DNA of 64,000 nt from NCBI RefSeq assembly GCF_006345805.1, contig NC_043006.1, positions 99,882,001-99,946,000 of the forward strand. The letters run 5' to 3'. This DNA is from Octopus sinensis. Its lineage: Eukaryota. The notes beneath the pieces are model-generated. The model made no database searches, was not told the origin of the DNA, and saw nothing but the letters and a program-made list of their open reading frames with translations. The position numbers were made by a program, and so were the translations under genes. Positions 24,835 through 36,900 of the stretch are shown here, piece after piece; the stretch's first letter is position 1; every line of letters starts with the position of its first letter.

Positions 24835-25655
24835 CATACATACATATCACATTATTGATGCCGTTTCCCTTTAGAGTGTCATTAATCTTTATGTTAAGGC
24901 TCACTGAATTCTTGGGCGGATACAAACGACCTCTTTATCACATTATTTCAATTATGTTATGATACATGGGTGTTCGTGTATATATCAATATGTATGTGAG
25001 TGTATGTTAGTGTTCGCTCGTACATATGTGCGTATTCATACGAATTGCATATCTATATGTGCAAATCTTTGATGTTTGTGCACATCAGGTATGTTATGTG
25101 TAGCCTTGAATACTGAGATTTCTCTCTGAACAGTGTAGTCATTTTAAATAAACTGCTCACAGAGTTAATGAATGGTGAAAAAAACCATTCCGGAAGAATA
25201 AATCTAGAAATTGTATATTTTATACATAAACATTATGTTTTTTTTTTCTTTTTTCCTTGTTGTTCATTAATTTTGGTTGAAGAAATGAAACATGAATATA
25301 TTGATTTGTTTAAGTTTTGCATAAGTGCGTCATTTAGAAACACGTAAGATTCGATACTGTTTATGATATTTGGACATTTCATTTTGTTATGGTTAGGAAA
25401 GAAATTTAACTGCATGTAAACATTTATCGTCATAAAAGTATCTTTATTTCCGAAGAAAAACGCCCTACGTTACAATAAGTTTTCTCTTCCCATCCCTCAT
25501 TCTATCTCTGTCTCTATATCTGTATGTATTAAATAGATAAATAGAGAGACAGAGAGAGATACACACATGTATATATACATATATATATAGCAAATATATA
25601 GGGATGTACATATACATATATACTTACATATTCTCACATAAATACACACAGCCCC

Positions 25656-25723
<68 letters not shown>

Positions 25724-26864
25724 GATATTATATATATATATATATATATACATACATACACACACAAAGATATGCTTGCACATACATCTATGTCTGTGAG
25801 TGTGTGCGGGTGTTTTTACGTAGGGCAAAAATCTTATAGGTAAATCAATACATTAGGTACAGTGGATACCTCTTTTATATAATAAACACGTACACATACA
25901 TACACACATTACAATATACTTACGCGCAGACACACGCGCACGCGTGCGCAGCCGAACGCACATAACTGAAGTACAAATTTAAATGGATGCAATTTGTGTG
26001 TTGTCGTTCAATAATATTGTTTCTTAAATATAAATTTACACTAAACTAAAGAATGAGATAAAAGGAAACCTAATCAATAAATGAGAAGACAACTGCAGTA
26101 AATATAACGATAACAGAATCGTCAGTTTCTCTACTTGATCCAGTGGATAGATATGGGGAATTTTGCGATAACTGGTATTACTTAAGCACGTAAATCATAG
26201 ATAAACTGCAAGAATCCTTTTTACATTCACAATCCAACACACATACATCTGCATTTACAGCTCAGTGAAGACATGTAGAATAGCAACAGAAGAACATTGA
26301 TTAGGCAACGGAAATTGTGAGCTCAGTACAGACAGGTACAACAGCGTTGGAAGTTTGAAATGTTCTCCGTCTCTACTTGCTGATTGAATTAGTGGGAAAA
26401 TGACCGAATATTCCTCAAAGAGGTATTGGTCTGATACTCAAGCTGAATCAGCTTTATAGAGAGTATGTCAAAGTCGTGTTCCATGTATTTTAATTGCTGT
26501 TACAAACGCGTTAATTAATTTCGTCACAAGTTTTGCACATTTAGTTTCAATCTTGGGCTATGGGTGAGATTTGATTATGTTTCATTGCTCCGTGTAAACT
26601 GTTTCAGGTCAACATCTGAAGGCAAGGCATGAGCCATAAGATGTACGAAAGAGTCGATAGTCTGGGGATGAATGACAGGACAAGTTGGTTATTGTCGGAA
26701 TATTGTCGGATGGTTAGATGGACACAGCAAGTGCAACGAGAGTAAGAAAGACAAGTGAAGCGGGGTGCCTGGGTGGTGAATGTACAAGACCAGTAAACCC
26801 TAACGAACAAAAATAATTATATTCTTTACTACACGAGGCGCAAGATCTAAAATTTTTGGGGAGG

Positions 26865-27000
26865 TGGGGGCAGTCGATTTGATCGACCCCAGTACGCAAC
26901 TGGTAGGTAATTTATTGACCACGAAAGGTAAAATCGACCTCAGCGAAATTTGAACTCAGAGCGCAGCGGCGGACGAAATACCTATTTCATTACTACCCAT
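26865..27000 (-). mobile_element. SINE family B fragment
   Basis: gatcgaccccagtacgcaactggta...gtcgacctc.gcg.aatttgaactcaga..g..gcggacgaaatacc. Confidence 0.8.
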
Positions 27001-28477
27001 CACAGCCGAATAAAGAAAATTTGGGCTTCAGAACTCTCTGCCTTCAATAAAAGAGTGTCACACAATGTGTTTTCAGTGCCAGTACACATACCAACATTTG
27101 GGCGGCCTGATTGAAGGATTGAGAGGAACCTAATCACTGATGTGAAAATGCGAACAATACTAAGAAGAAAACAAAATTTTCACGTTAACAGTTACGTAGA
27201 CCGGCACTACCTAAAACGAAAACAAGGCGACAGAGGCTTAACATCGATCCAAAATGCCTTTGGATGTCGTATCATTTCTCTTCGGCAACATCTTTTAAGT
27301 TTCGATGTCCATCCCTTGACCAAGTTTGCATACATGAGGCTGATAACATCATAAGACGTGGAAGGCAGCTCCTTGAGCAACATTCGTTGTCTGATAATGT
27401 AGAATACATGCTCAATGAGATTACACAACTGTACCGCAACGTATCATCAAATGAAAGGATGAGCCTATATGAGTGGGAGACTATGCATAGATAATATAAT
27501 CGATCAAGAAGGCAGGCTACCATGGAACAATATCCGGATTACTATCTCTCACTTTGGTGGGTTTGCGGTTGCAATCCAGGAACAAGAAATATCAACCAAA
27601 TACCTGATGCACAAAAGGGATAAAGATGCAGGGAAAGCAGAAAAATGTGACAACCGATACAAACTTTGTGGAGTCAACACCGAAGATATTACCCATATCA
27701 TAAGCAGTTGTCCGACAATGTCACCACAGTATCATATACCGATGAGACATGATGTTGTAGCTAGGACACTCTATAATGATATCTGTCGATGGATAACCCC
27801 GAGGATAAAGAAATAAGAACTCACAGTATCGTAAAAGCCATAGCCACTCATAATAAAAAGAACTACTCGTGAAATGTCCCAGTGAAAACCTCAATAAAAT
27901 GTAAGCACAACAGACTTGATATAATGATTTGGGATAGAGAAGAGAAACTGTGTACAGTGTGGAACTTAGCTGGCCAGTGGATGTTGACATAAAACTGAAG
28001 ATCAGTGAAAAAGAGAACACTTATACTGAATTATTGAGGCATCTACAGTTACTCTATCAAGATTACATGTCCAGGTTTATACTTGTAATTATTGGGGCCC
28101 TGAGATGTGTAACACACTGCCGAAATACCAATCTTGATAAATTAGGCTTCTCAAAACCAAAAAGGAGAAAGCTAATTAGAATATCCATCACTGAGACTGT
28201 AAGAATCTATAAAACTTTCCAGAAGTTTAGCATTTAAATATATATGAGCATGTCTAGATATGCAAATATATGCATGAGAATACTTACATAAGGCAAAACA
28301 TACAAATCTGCACGTATACATACATATATACACACATGCACACATGCATGCATACATACACACATACATACAAAAATGCCCTGTTGTTGAAATTCTAGTG
28401 AAGGAGCCTTGGATCCAGGTTAGAAACCGGCTCTTTCTCTGTAAGAAATCTTGAAATAAAACTGAACAGTGACATTC
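27001..28477 (+). mobile_element. 5'-truncated RLE-type non-LTR retrotransposon of a second family, with an (ATAC)n tail
   Basis: VDRHYLKRKQGDRGL, AIQEQEISTKY, (C)KLCGVNTEDITHIISSCP..RHDVVA, VELSWPVD..EKENTY, VIIGALR. 3'UTR ends aaataaaactgaacagtgacattc followed by (ATAC)n. Confidence 0.85.
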
Positions 28478-28931
28478 ATACATACATACATACATACACT
28501 CGTGCTCCTCGATTTACTTGAGGAACGCCTTAGTATCCATAGAGTTTATATAAATTGATCCGAAACTGAAAATGAGATTTTTCATTGAAACGCTACAATT
28601 TTTTCGGCTCATCTTGCACCTGTACCTCATATGTAGGACGCTGTACAAGCAACCGTTTTACATCACAGGTGTAGATAGCTCATCTCGATTTGAATTTTTC
28701 AACAAGTGCCTCGTTCTTTCTCCTCACCACTTGACTGCGACCTATAACAATATATGTATCTCGGTAGCTACAGCATTTTATTAGTTCCCATAAAAAAACT
28801 GAGAGAGAAGACAAACTTCCTTTCAAATAAAGTATTAAGATGCAAAACAACAATAAGCAAACATAGAAATGCAAAAGCATAAAAGCATAAAACACATAAT
28901 TAAACATAAACATATACATAGTATACAAAAC

Positions 28932-29237
28932 ATAGGCATAGGAGTGGCCGTGTGGTAAGTAGCTTGCTCACCAAGCACACGGTTCCGTGTTCAGTCCCAC
29001 TGCGTGGCACCTTGAGCAAGCGTCTTCTACTATAGCATCAGGCTGACCAAAGCCTTGTGAGTGGATTTGGTAGACGGAAACTGAAAGAAGCCCGTCGTAT
29101 GTATATATATATATGTGTATGTGTGTGTGTGTGTATGTGAGTGTGTGTGTGTGTGTGTGTATGTTTGTGCGTCTGTGTTTGCCCCGCCCAACATCGCCTG
29201 ACAACCGATGCTGGTGTGTTTACGTCCCCGTAACTTA
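28932..29237 (+). mobile_element. SINE family A with intact-looking tRNA head, 3'-truncated
   Basis: A-box-like tggccgtgtgg at about 28945, B-box-like gttcagtcc at about 28989, internal (TA)(TG) tract. Confidence 0.88.
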
Positions 29238-30922
29238 AAAGATTAAAACACCAAGGAACGCAGATTATAAGACAGATATTTTACATACATACATGTGTGT
29301 GTCTGTGTGTTTTTAAGTGCATACTATGTACATTTATGTTTATACATACTCACATTCACTTACATATCTGTACGTACGTATGTATAGTTGTTAGCGAATG
29401 TGTATGTGTGTAAAATTTTACTCACACTGCTAAGGTTTGAATACACCAAAGACGTGGAGATGAATATGGATAATTAAAAAATAAATAAATCATCTTCTGC
29501 TGCAAATAAAAAAAAATGAGATTCCACTTGTCCAAATTTAAATATTCTATACCAATTACAACAACGACAAAGACAGAGCAACGTATTGTTTTGAAGAGGG
29601 TAGCGCAAACAAAAGATATGCGTACAAAATTTTCAATTAAATTATGTAATAGGTGCAGTTATTAAATAGAAAAACACATAATTCTATATTTCCTTTCCGA
29701 ATGCACTTGAAAATACTGAAAAATATAAAATGTAAAAAGGTAAAAAGGAAGAATTACACAAAACTATGAGCAAATAAGTAATAATAGTATTTTTTAAATA
29801 TCGACCAAAATAAATATTTCAACAATCACTAATTTAGCACAATATTGTATAAGAATATCATTTAAGTATTTATTGTATGGGCGTATTAATATTAAAACAA
29901 AATTAGTAGCAAGAGAAGACTTGCTACTAATTTTCTTTTGGTTAAAACTAATACGCTAAAGTTATAAGCACAAGATCGAATAATGCTTTGCACGCGATTC
30001 TTTGAAAACATATAGGATACATCAATTCATGTGAATTCCTTTTTGAGCATGCAATTAACTTTTATAAAAGTGCGCCCACTGTATGTGTGCGCGAGCACAT
30101 GTGTGTCTGTGTGTGCATATATATAGATATATAGACACACACACACACAGGGTGCAACAGATATCGGTCACCCACAGACAATTTTTTTATTGAATTTGTT
30201 TGTTTTTATGAACCTCCGATTTGAAACTGACGACGGTCCCCATTGAGGTGCAGCTGATAAAACAAAGAAATATATTTCCTAACTCAAGAAATTATTTCAT
30301 TTATTTGCGCGCTGTGTTGACGAATATTTGACCTCAATTCGTCGACTGTTGACGGTTTTGTACTATAAAATATCAATTGGCGTAATGTCGGGTAAGTATA
30401 ATATGTAAACAACTTCGTTCAATCCATGATTTTCAAACTCCCAAGGTAGGCAGTTATGTAACTCTCGTAGTGTAAGGATGCTCCATCATGCTAGAAGTAT
30501 AAGTATATATATATGTAAGTATATGCTTATATGTTTGTGTGTATGTGTGTGTGTGTGTGTGTGTGTGTTGTGTGTGTGTGTGTGTGTAGTGTACACTTGG
30601 AAGTATGAATGCATAGTTTGAATATATTCCAAGCAAAATTACTCGGAGTGTCCGGTCGCTTGTTTTTAGACAAGGTCCAACGAAAATTAGAATAAGTGCA
30701 TTGACAAAATAAAATTGTGATTATTCAAATTATCTAAGCTTCAGGAAATATAGACATATGCCTCTGGCAATTATCAAGCACATCGCATAAATAGACGTGA
30801 TAATCTTGAATATCAGGAACACAAGAGATGCTCTGGTATTGAGAAGCTATTAGGGAAAACATAATCTATTGTAATGGAAAAGAGGAAACGTGTATGCGTA
30901 TATGTACGTATATGTATATATA

Positions 30923-30972
<50 letters not shown>

Positions 30973-30998
30973 CATACATATATATATATATATAATAT

Positions 30999-31029
<31 letters not shown>

Positions 31030-31072
31030 GTGTGTGTATATATATATATAGATAGATAAATAGATATATATA

Positions 31073-31113
<41 letters not shown>

Positions 31114-31618
31114 TCTCTCTCTCTCTTTCTCTCTAGTTGTGTATGCCGTTCATTTATTCTTTACCCATTGTAAATCTCCCGCTCCCTACACCCTCTCACA
31201 CTCTGTGCACAAGTATATGCAGTGCATGCATCCGTGTATCACTGTATAAATATTACTTTGTGTATATATGTAAGAGTGTGCCAGTTTGTGTCTGTGTGTC
31301 CGAATGTGTGCGTACGCGAGCGTGTAAGTGTGTGTGTGTGTGCGTATGTGAGTGGGAGTGTTTGTGTATGTGTGTGTGTGTGTGAATAACTGTGTGTAAG
31401 AATTATCATTAGGGGAGAGTAGTATAACATTTTTTTTCTATACTTTATCAGTTGCCTCAATCATGAAGGAATTAGTGCTGATCAAGAGGTCTACTCGTAT
31501 GGGAAAGTATAATCTGACATGGAACAAACTAAATTGAAATAATAGCATTCTATTCTGAAACCTTCCCGATAACGACGAGATATTCTGCTATTATGTGTAT
31601 CCTTACATACATATTACT

Positions 31619-31960
31619 CTTTACACTTTTACTTGTTTCAGTCATTTGACTGCGGCCATGCTGGAGCACCGCCTTTAATCGAGCAACTTGACCCCGGGAC
31701 TTATTCTTTGTAAGCCCAGTACTTATTCTATCGATCTCTTTTGCATAAACAAGTAGCTTGTTTACCAACCACATGGTTCCGGGTTCAGTCCCACTGCGTG
31801 GCACCTTGGACAAGTGTCTTCTACTATAGCCTCGGGCCGACCAAAGCCTTGTGAGTGGACTTACGAAAAAAAGAATAAGTCCCGGGGTCGAGTTGCTCGA
31901 TTAAAGGCGGTGCTCCAGCAGCCGCAGTCAAATGACTGAAACAAGTAAAAGAGTAAAAGA

Positions 31961-31962
<2 letters not shown>
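31619..31962. mobile_element. Rearranged SINE A: inverted 3' half, then head, then 3' tail
   Basis: About 31627-31715 is the reverse complement of about 31859-31950. The head at about 31750-31858 lies between them. Confidence 0.85.
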
Positions 31963-32007
<45 letters not shown>

Positions 32008-32184
32008 TAAGAAAGTTTGTTTGGTAAAGCACGTGGGGGAATATATAAGAAAATAGTAAAGTGTGAAAAAACGACAGAAGGCTTAAATGTTAAAAAAAAT
32101 ATATTTTGTGTCAAAATGTCTGGAGAATATTGGAAAAATTTTTTTTTTCCCTTTCCTTAAAATGACATAATTTTAAAATTTTTT

Positions 32185-32222
32185 AAGAAATTACGGTTTC
32201 GCGTGTAGCTTTTCAATTTCTT
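32185..32222 (-). ncRNA. Hammerhead motif (U3-A8) in the inverted pLTR arm
   Basis: Minus strand: aagaaa TTGAAAA GC-tacac-GC GAAAC c GTA atttctt. It is two single nucleotides shorter than the right-arm copy. Confidence 0.55.
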
Positions 32223-33836
32223 GTGACGTTATGTTTATATTGCATGGAATTATCGTTGTTTTTATTTCCAGGAGATTTCTAAATAAGGGGAGGTAGTGAG
32301 TTTTTTTTCCGGTGTAGGGGAGATAATCGCTTAAAAATTTTTTTTTTTTTTTTTTTTTCCCTTTTCCTTGTTAATTTCTCTGTGTCAGTATGTTCGGATG
32401 GTTGAGTCTGGGTTTGTACTTTTCAATGAAGAATGTTTCCTTGTTCAGTCTCATTTGTGTTGATGATCCGAAAGCACATTGGTAAAATGGGAAGATTAAA
32501 AATTGTGGCAGTAGTTGCTTTGCGCATTTTGGAAATAATCATTTACCAGGAATCTCTATCAATCTTTGGAAACTCCCTCTCTCAATACATAAAAGAGAAT
32601 TGGAAACGATTCCTAGACGATTGTTTCATTCTCTGGAATGAAAACACAGATAAACTCCTAAAATTTAAAAACCTATTGAACAGCATAAACCCAAATATAC
32701 AGTTCACAATGGAATACAACCAAAAGGAGCTCCCGTTCTTGGATTACTAATTAAAAAAATTAACCTTAAAATAGAAACAGACATTTTTTACAAAGCCACA
32801 GACGCCAAACAATACCTTCTTTTTAATTCATGCCACCCAAGACACACTAAAACAAACATCCCCTTCAACCTTGCAAGAAGGATATGCACAATAGTGTCAG
32901 AACAAATACCAGGAACTTTAGACTGCAAGAACTCAAAAACACCCTAATTGACAGACATTACCCAGCTCAGCTCATAGAGGATGGGATCAGACGTGCAACA
33001 GAAATCAACATAGAAACTTTAAGAAAAGTTCAACACAACAACACACCTTCCCCGAAAATACTACCTTACATATCTACATACAACCCCAGAAACAAAGAAG
33101 CCTTCACCATCATCACCCACAATTTACCAATACTTCATAAAAACCCAAAATTAAAGGAAATTCTAAACATACACCAAATCATTAAAAGCTACAAACAGCC
33201 TAAATCACTTAAAAAGATTCTCACAAAGGCAAAACTGTCTTCTAAAATTACGGATGCAAAAGTAAAAAAATGTGGTAGATCGAACTGTGCAACATGTCCT
33301 AACCTATTGGAAGGATCAGAATTCTTCTTTAAAGAGGGACAGACATTTAAGATCAAATCTAACTTTACTTGTGCCTCTGAAAACATAATTTATGTTATTA
33401 AATGCTCGGGCTGCCACCAAGACTACGTGGGTTCCACGGGACTATCACTCAGGCGCAGATGCACACTCATCGACAACAGATTGCATTCCCAGAATATAGA
33501 ATGATACCTTTTAGTGAGCACATTCAGAAATGCGCAAAGCAACTACTGCCACAATTTTTAATCTTCCCATTTTACCAATGTGCTTTCGGATCATCAACAC
33601 AAATGAGACTGAACAAGGAAACATTCTTCATTGAAAAGTACAAACCCAGACTCAACCATCCGAACATACTGACACAGAGAAATTAACAAGGAAAAGGGAA
33701 AAAAAAAAAAAAAAAAAAAAATTTTTAAGCGATTATCTCCCCTACACCGGAAAAATCACTCACTACCTCCCCTTATTTAGAAATCTCCTGGAAATAAAAA
33801 CAACGATAATTCCATGCAATATAAACATAACGTCAC

Positions 33837-33876
33837 AAGAAATTTGAAAAGCTACACGCGAAACCGGTAATTTCTT
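33837..33876 (+). ncRNA. Minimal type I hammerhead motif with U3-A8 core
   Basis: aagaaat TTGAAAA GC-tacac-GC GAAAC cg GTA atttctt. Perfect 7-bp stem I, 2-bp stem II, palindromic ACCGGT stem III. Confidence 0.7.
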
Positions 33877-34016
33877 TTAAAATTTTAAAATTATGTCATT
33901 TTAAGGAAAGGGAAAAAAAATTTTTCCAATATTCTCAAGACATTTTGACACAAATATATATATTTTTTAACATTTAAGCCTTCTGTCGTTTTTTCACACT
34001 TTACTATTTTCTTATA

Positions 34017-34097
<81 letters not shown>

Positions 34098-34150
34098 TGT
34101 GTGTATGTGGGTGTGTGTGCGTATATATATATATTTTTATGTACGCATGA

Positions 34151-34190
<40 letters not shown>

Positions 34191-34263
34191 TATATATTAT
34201 ATATATATATATATATAATATATATATATATTATATATATATGTGTATATATATATGTGTGTG

Positions 34264-34300
<37 letters not shown>

Positions 34301-34679
34301 AAGGTAGAAAAACAAATCCTTCTTTTGTACAAATAATTGGAAAAATAAGGATGGATAAAAGAGCAGTTTCAGAAAATTTTCATTTATTTGTTGTCTAGAT
34401 AAATATTCAGATGATAAAAAATCTTTACTTGTGTCAGTTCTCTGGATCGCAGCGATGCCTGATTGATGCTGGAATCTACCGTTAATGGATCGCAGTGTGG
34501 CTGCTTCAACCCATTCAACGGTTTGATCGAGAAAGTCGTCACGGGTAATTATTCTTTGCAAGCCTGGTAATTTCGCTTCTTTGCCGAACCACTGGCTACA
34601 AATATATATATATATATATATTATATATTATATATATATATATATATATAAAATGCTTATATATATATATATACACACA

Positions 34680-35195
34680 TATAATAACTGTATATAATAT
34701 ATATCATAATGATATTTTTCTCTGATTTTCAAGCGGCAATTTTAAAATATAAACAAATGACCGAAAAATGATGAGGTAACTTCAAGCTAAATCGAACTCA
34801 CAAATTGATGCTTTCATGGCTCGTAGCGAATCTGATTGGCCAAACGCTCACGGAACAATTTCAGTCAAATTTAGTTAATATATACTTAAACTACGGAAAT
34901 AATATACTTGTAGCTTTCTCTCCGTAACTAGCAAAGACTTTCAGGTTTGTTTATAAAAATATTATTTCTTGTTGTATGAAAACAGATTAAGTATATATTA
35001 GTTAAATTTGACTGAAATTGATGGATGAGCGTTTGGCCAATCAGATTCTCAAGGAACCATGCAATCATCGATTTGTGAGCACGATTCAGTCTGAGGTTAG
35101 CTCATCATTTTTCGGTCATTTGTTTATATTTAGCAATTGTCACTTTGAAATCGGAGAATAAATATCACAATGATATATTATATACAGTTGTTATA
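34680..35195. mobile_element. Foldback/MITE-like element with about 210-bp inverted arms (34680-34889 / 34987-35195) in a TA array
   Basis: Arms share tataaacaaatgaccgaaaaatgatgag, gaatctgattggccaaacgctca and caatttcagtcaaattta. Roughly 85% identical by eye. Confidence 0.85.
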
Positions 35196-35220
35196 TACAT
35201 AAATAAATACACATATATAA

Positions 35221-35262
<42 letters not shown>

Positions 35263-35314
35263 GTATATATATATGTGTATGTATATGTATTATATGGATA
35301 TATGTGTGTATGTA

Positions 35315-35373
<59 letters not shown>

Positions 35374-35584
35374 GTATGTTTGTGTGTAAATTGCGTTTTT
35401 TTATACTTCTTTTACTTTTCAAAATTAAAATAAACAAAGATCTTTTTAATCTAAAATATACTCGCCTTCATTTTCTACAATGCACTTTCATCCATCTGGT
35501 AGACTTGCAAGGTCCTTTTCCAAAAATTCCCTTGTCCATGACGAAAAATATTTCTCCGCTATTGTTCTGACCTCGTCTATTGAA

Positions 35585-36345
35585 TTTATATTTTCTGCGC
35601 CCAAATAATTTTGAAGACTGAGGAATTAATGATAGTGAGATGGATTAATGACCGGTGAATATGGTGGGTGGTGCATTGTTTTCCATTCAAACTGCTCCAC
35701 CTTTTGGTTTGTCATTCTCACTTTATGTGGTCAAGCATTAACATGATGGAAGAACATCGTTCGTCTTGAAACCAAAGATGGTCGTTTTTCTTCTAGCTCT
35801 GACTTAAGGTGCTCAAGCTTCTTGCATTATATCTCCTTTGCTATCGCTTGGTTTGGGTTTAAAAGTTCAAAGTGGACTGAATTTGTCATATTCCACTAAA
35901 CACAAAACAACATCTTACGTAGTTGAATGCCTTCTTTAGCCAGGGCAGCTTGTGTTTCTCCTTTCCCTACCCGCTGTCTCTGGTGCTAGACATTTTTTTT
36001 TTTATAGAGAACCCATTACTCATCACCAGTCACTATTCGTTTCAAAAAGCTTCATTCGTGGGATCTGACAGCAAAGAGGTGCACACATTCACTCTCTGTG
36101 CGTGATTAGACTCGAAAATTTGTGAGGAACCCATTGACCTAATTTGCTGACTTTTCCAACGATATGCAGGTGTCGCTCAATGGTTCAATGACTAAATCCA
36201 AGCTTCTCTGATAGGTACTCAACTGTTACAATGGGATTTTGTTCCACCAGGGCTTGCAAGACGTCCTCCTCGATCTCTACAGATCTTCCAGGACGAGCAT
36301 CGTTTTCAAGTCTGTAGTTTACGCTTCGGAGTTTCTAGAAACACA
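35585..36345 (-). pseudogene. mariner transposase remnant
   Basis: Minus strand: LENDARPGRS..DVLQALVEQNP..KVSKLGQWVPHK...LKRIVTGDE*WVLY...HPPYSPVINPSHY, matching the WVPHEL, D of DD34D and YSPDL signature regions. Confidence 0.88.
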
Positions 36346-36491
36346 CAACCGTTGACACTAGAGTTAACTCAAAGGTCTTGTGGAAACAAGTAAGTTGGCA
36401 TCACACGTCCTTCATTGGTAACAACCCCTAAAATCATGACAGATGAAGGAAATTCTGTATGTATATATATATATATATATACATATATACA

Positions 36492-36900
36492 TCTCTATAT
36501 ATAAAGCTGAAATGCGTTTTTACCGCTTGGATCGCTTTTAATGCCACTAAGACCCGTCCGATTCGCTCCAAATTTTACAGGGACATGTAGAATGAGGTGA
36601 CGATGCCAGTGGGCTACCTTAGAAATCCCTATCTTAAAAGGTGTGGTTGCTAGGGGCCATCTTCCTCACTCACGCTATTTCCTATATTACCCCCTCACTC
36701 CCCTTCATTCCACTCCCGTTATTTAATGTAAGAACATTTTCACTAACTCTATCTCTTAGCTTCCCATAACTTTTACTCATGTATCTCTATACAGAGAAAC
36801 AAATATTCCATCGCCATCGCCACCGCATTCTATTGTCTACCTGTCAACGCGCCCATCGACCAAATACAAACAGAACACACCAACGAGCGTTTATATACAT
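36492..36900 (+). mobile_element. Possible 5' part of a non-autonomous Helitron-like element
   Basis: Begins TC..tatatataaagctgaa inside a TA tract. No 3' hairpin or CTAG found. Confidence 0.25.

Larger units (their letters stand above)
32041..34019 (+). mobile_element. Penelope-like element copy 2 with about 490-bp inverted terminal pLTR arms (32041-32529 / 33528-34019)
   Basis: Body 32530-33686 encodes YIKENWKRFLDDCF...KCGRSNCATC...NIIYVIKCSGCHQDYVGSTG...KYKPRLNHPNILTQRN*. The left arm is the reverse complement of the 3' end, with differences that are mostly 1-nt indels. Confidence 0.93.

Noticed and set aside
28932-29010. tRNA-like heads (also 54990-55065)
   Set aside because: They are SINE heads continuous with SINE bodies and have no complete cloverleaf, so they are not tRNA genes.
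30147-30420. cagggtg start suggestive of a Tc1/mariner MITE, with an internal CTGACGA
   Set aside because: No matching right TIR was found and no GAAA or stems follow the heptamer.
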